Shown in pieces: positions 61,725 through 64,000 of a stretch of DNA of 64,000 bases (its first letter is position 1; the number at the start of each line of letters is the position of its first letter). The stretch is from Felis catus (lineage: Eukaryota): positions 81,284,001 through 81,348,000 of the forward strand of contig NC_058368.1 in assembly GCF_018350175.1 (NCBI RefSeq). Direction: 5' to 3'. The translations under genes were made by a program, and so were the position numbers. The notes beneath the pieces were generated by a model. That model was not told the origin of the DNA. It ran no database searches and worked only from the letters and a program-made list of their open reading frames with translations.

Positions 61725-63004
61725 AAATGCATACAATTCAAATTGATATGGAATTGGTAGCTCATAGATTGACGTAAAATTATTTTTGCTTTTATTATAT
61801 CAATACAAAGGCATCATTTAATTTAAGCTGCAACTTTAAATATAATCTTATTTTTCTGCCAATACTTACTACAGATGATGTATTCATTTTGGATAATCAG
61901 TGGTCTATTTTAAGAATTTTTTATAAATTCCATTAGTAAGTGATAATATCCCTTGTTATCCAAATTTCCCTTTTTTAAAAAACTGAGAATACATTTCCAG
62001 TAGGGTCCTCGGTTTGAGAACAGAGGTAAATGATTTATTTATGCTTAAATGAGAATAAAGTCTTTACGTTAGTATTTTACTCAGATTATCATAACCAAAT
62101 TTAAATCCATGCATCTCGGAGAGAATTACAGGTGATAAAACACAGACACATCAGTCTGTGTGCTGAGGACCTGCTAAAATATGGTCAGTAGCTTTGTGTC
62201 CCTTTTGGTATAAATGCTTCCAGCCCCAGGATCTCTCCCAACTTTCTTTTCTTTCTTAAATTAAAAAAAAAAAAACATTTTTTTTTACATTGATTTATTT
62301 TTGACAAACAGAGTGAGACAAAGCATGAGCAGGGGAGGAACAGAGAGAAAAGGAGACACAGAATCCGAAGCAGGCTCCAGGCTCCGAGCCGTCAGCACAG
62401 AGCCCGACAAGGGGCTCGAACCCACAAACTGTGAGATCATGACCTGAGCCGAAGTCAGTCGGTTGAGCCACCCAGGTGCCCCGTTTCTTAATTTTTTTTA
62501 AATGTTTATTTATTTTTGTGAGAGAGAGACAGACCATGAGTGAGGGAGGGGCAGAGAGAGAGGGAGACACAGACTCCAAACAGGCTCCAGGCTCTGAGTT
62601 GTCAGCACAGAGCCCTACACGGGGCTCGAACTCATGGACCTCGAGGTCGCCACCTGAGCCACAATCTGATGCCCAACCGACTGAGCCCCCCAGGCGCCCC
62701 TCTCCCAACTGTCCCCACAGAGGCTGAGTCTGATGGCGTTGGCCAGGGCAGGCCTGCATTCAGAGCCACCCTAGATTTTTGCTTTGCTCGATTTTTATTC
62801 TTCTCTGTTCATTTCATTGGCTCCAATATAAACAATTCCATTCCCGCACATGCCTCCTTTCCGAGTGCAGGATTTTCTTTCCTCGAGATGTGCCACATGG
62901 TGACAGAGCGTCATCCCCCATTCTGGGTGTTGTGGGGAACAGACAAGGGACATGGACGTGATGGTAGCACTAGGGGCAGCAGTGGTATTAATCCCGTGTG
63001 ATAA
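61725..63004 (-). repeat. Large inverted repeat, right arm (interrupted by SINEs at 62244-62700)
   Basis: Reverse complement of 58958-59770. The ORF track shows the same peptide on opposite strands (58961..59227 - and 62540..63001 +). Confidence 0.93.
62244..62700 (-). mobile_element. Two tandem CanSINEs, one nested in the other's A-tail
   Basis: Two SINE bodies ending at 62482 and 62700; outer TSD ctctcccaact (62233-62243 / 62700-62710); inner TSD tttcttaa. Confidence 0.93.
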
Positions 63005-63731
63005 AGGGCCAAGCGGCTGGTAGTTCAGGGTGTGAACGGGAACTTCAAACAGCACAGGGTCGGCGGGGCCCTCAGCGTCACTCTGAAACCAAAACATGTG
63101 ATTCACCACTCTCGTTCTTGCAAGTAATTATATTTGTCGTGTATTCAAATCAAATATACGCAAATAGGAGCAAATGCCTCCCTTGGAAGAGGCAGCTGTC
63201 CGTCATGTACGTTAACTGACTTTCTTCAAAAGCTCTTTGGTATTTTAAGTTATCTTACTTCCTGTTTTGGTTTTGTTTGTGTCCCTGGAGAGGCAGTGGG
63301 GGGGGGGGGTTCGCAGGGGCGGGAGGGCGGTGGGACTTAGATCAGCAGTTTGTAGGACCCACGTCCAAGCAAAACGTGAAAGGCTTTGGGCTCAGCGTCT
63401 GTTTCAGCCGGTTCAGGGATGTGAGTGGTTTCTATACTCACTACAAAAGTACTCAGGTTCGCCCGTGGGAGCCAGGGCTCTGGTATGAACATGGAATTGT
63501 GTTTGAAGTACAGATGACTGAAATCCTTTGGCCCGATGGATTCACTACAGTGACTGGAACATGGGAACAAGGAGAGAACATAATTCAGGCCAAAAAGTAC
63601 ACAGAATGTTAAGAAAATGATCAGGAATGAGGGGTTACCCAGAGCTCAAGTGGATGCAAAGCAGAGGGAGTCAGAAGGGTCACCCTGGAGCCACGGAAAC
63701 ATGAGAAAGTCAGGGAGGCGTCCCTGTGACT

Positions 63732-64000
63732 CGGAGGCCACGCCTGTACCACAGAGGTCTCACTGCACCACTGAAGCCACCCTGGCAACTCGGAGGCCAC
63801 CCCTGAACCACAGAAGCCACCCCTGAACCATGGAGGCCACCCCTGCACCATGGAGGTCACCCCTGAACCACAGAGGCTGCCCCTGAACCACGGAGGCCTC
63901 ACTGCACCACAGAGGCCACCCCCACACCCCGGAGGCCACACCTGCACCATGGAGGCCACCCTTACACTGCAGAGGCCACCCTCACACCCCAAAGGCCACC
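63732..64000 (+). repeat. 20-bp minisatellite running off the window end
   Basis: Unit GAGGCCACCCCTGAACCAYR, ~13 copies visible. Confidence 0.9.

Noticed and set aside
58958..63004. Inverted arms as terminal inverted repeats of a DNA transposon
   Set aside because: No transposase-like ORF in the spacer, no sharp termini or TSD, and similarity fades on both sides. Not formally excluded without a Dfam search.
63732..64000. CRISPR-like array (also considered for 20716-20907 and 54530-54910)
   Set aside because: Head-to-tail tandem units with no unique spacers, no cas genes, and a mammalian context.

Overview
Mammalian genomic DNA, almost certainly a felid (cat family), judged from CanSINE/SINEC_Fc-type SINEs and a feline-type L1 3' end. 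The only supportable protein-coding gene is the intronless SOX1 (48697-49875, +, 392 aa). It sits in a chain of CpG islands inside a ~23 kb zone with no transposon I can recognise. The first 34 kb is repeat-rich intergenic or lncRNA-intronic sequence (SINEs, L1, L2, MIR, MLT1, MER3/MER5). The most striking unexplained structure is a large non-transposon inverted repeat ~9 kb downstream of SOX1 (about 58958-59770 vs 61725-63004). Its core arms are ~90-96% identical, its flanks decay to ~75%, and one arm is interrupted by two nested SINEs. Other notable signals are two short uORFs in the SOX1 leader, SOX2-like blocks in the SOX1 3'UTR, a candidate spliced lncRNA (SOX1-OT-like) exon and three minisatellites. 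Repeat family names are from recalled consensus similarity, not database searches, and their boundaries are approximate. Identities were counted by hand.
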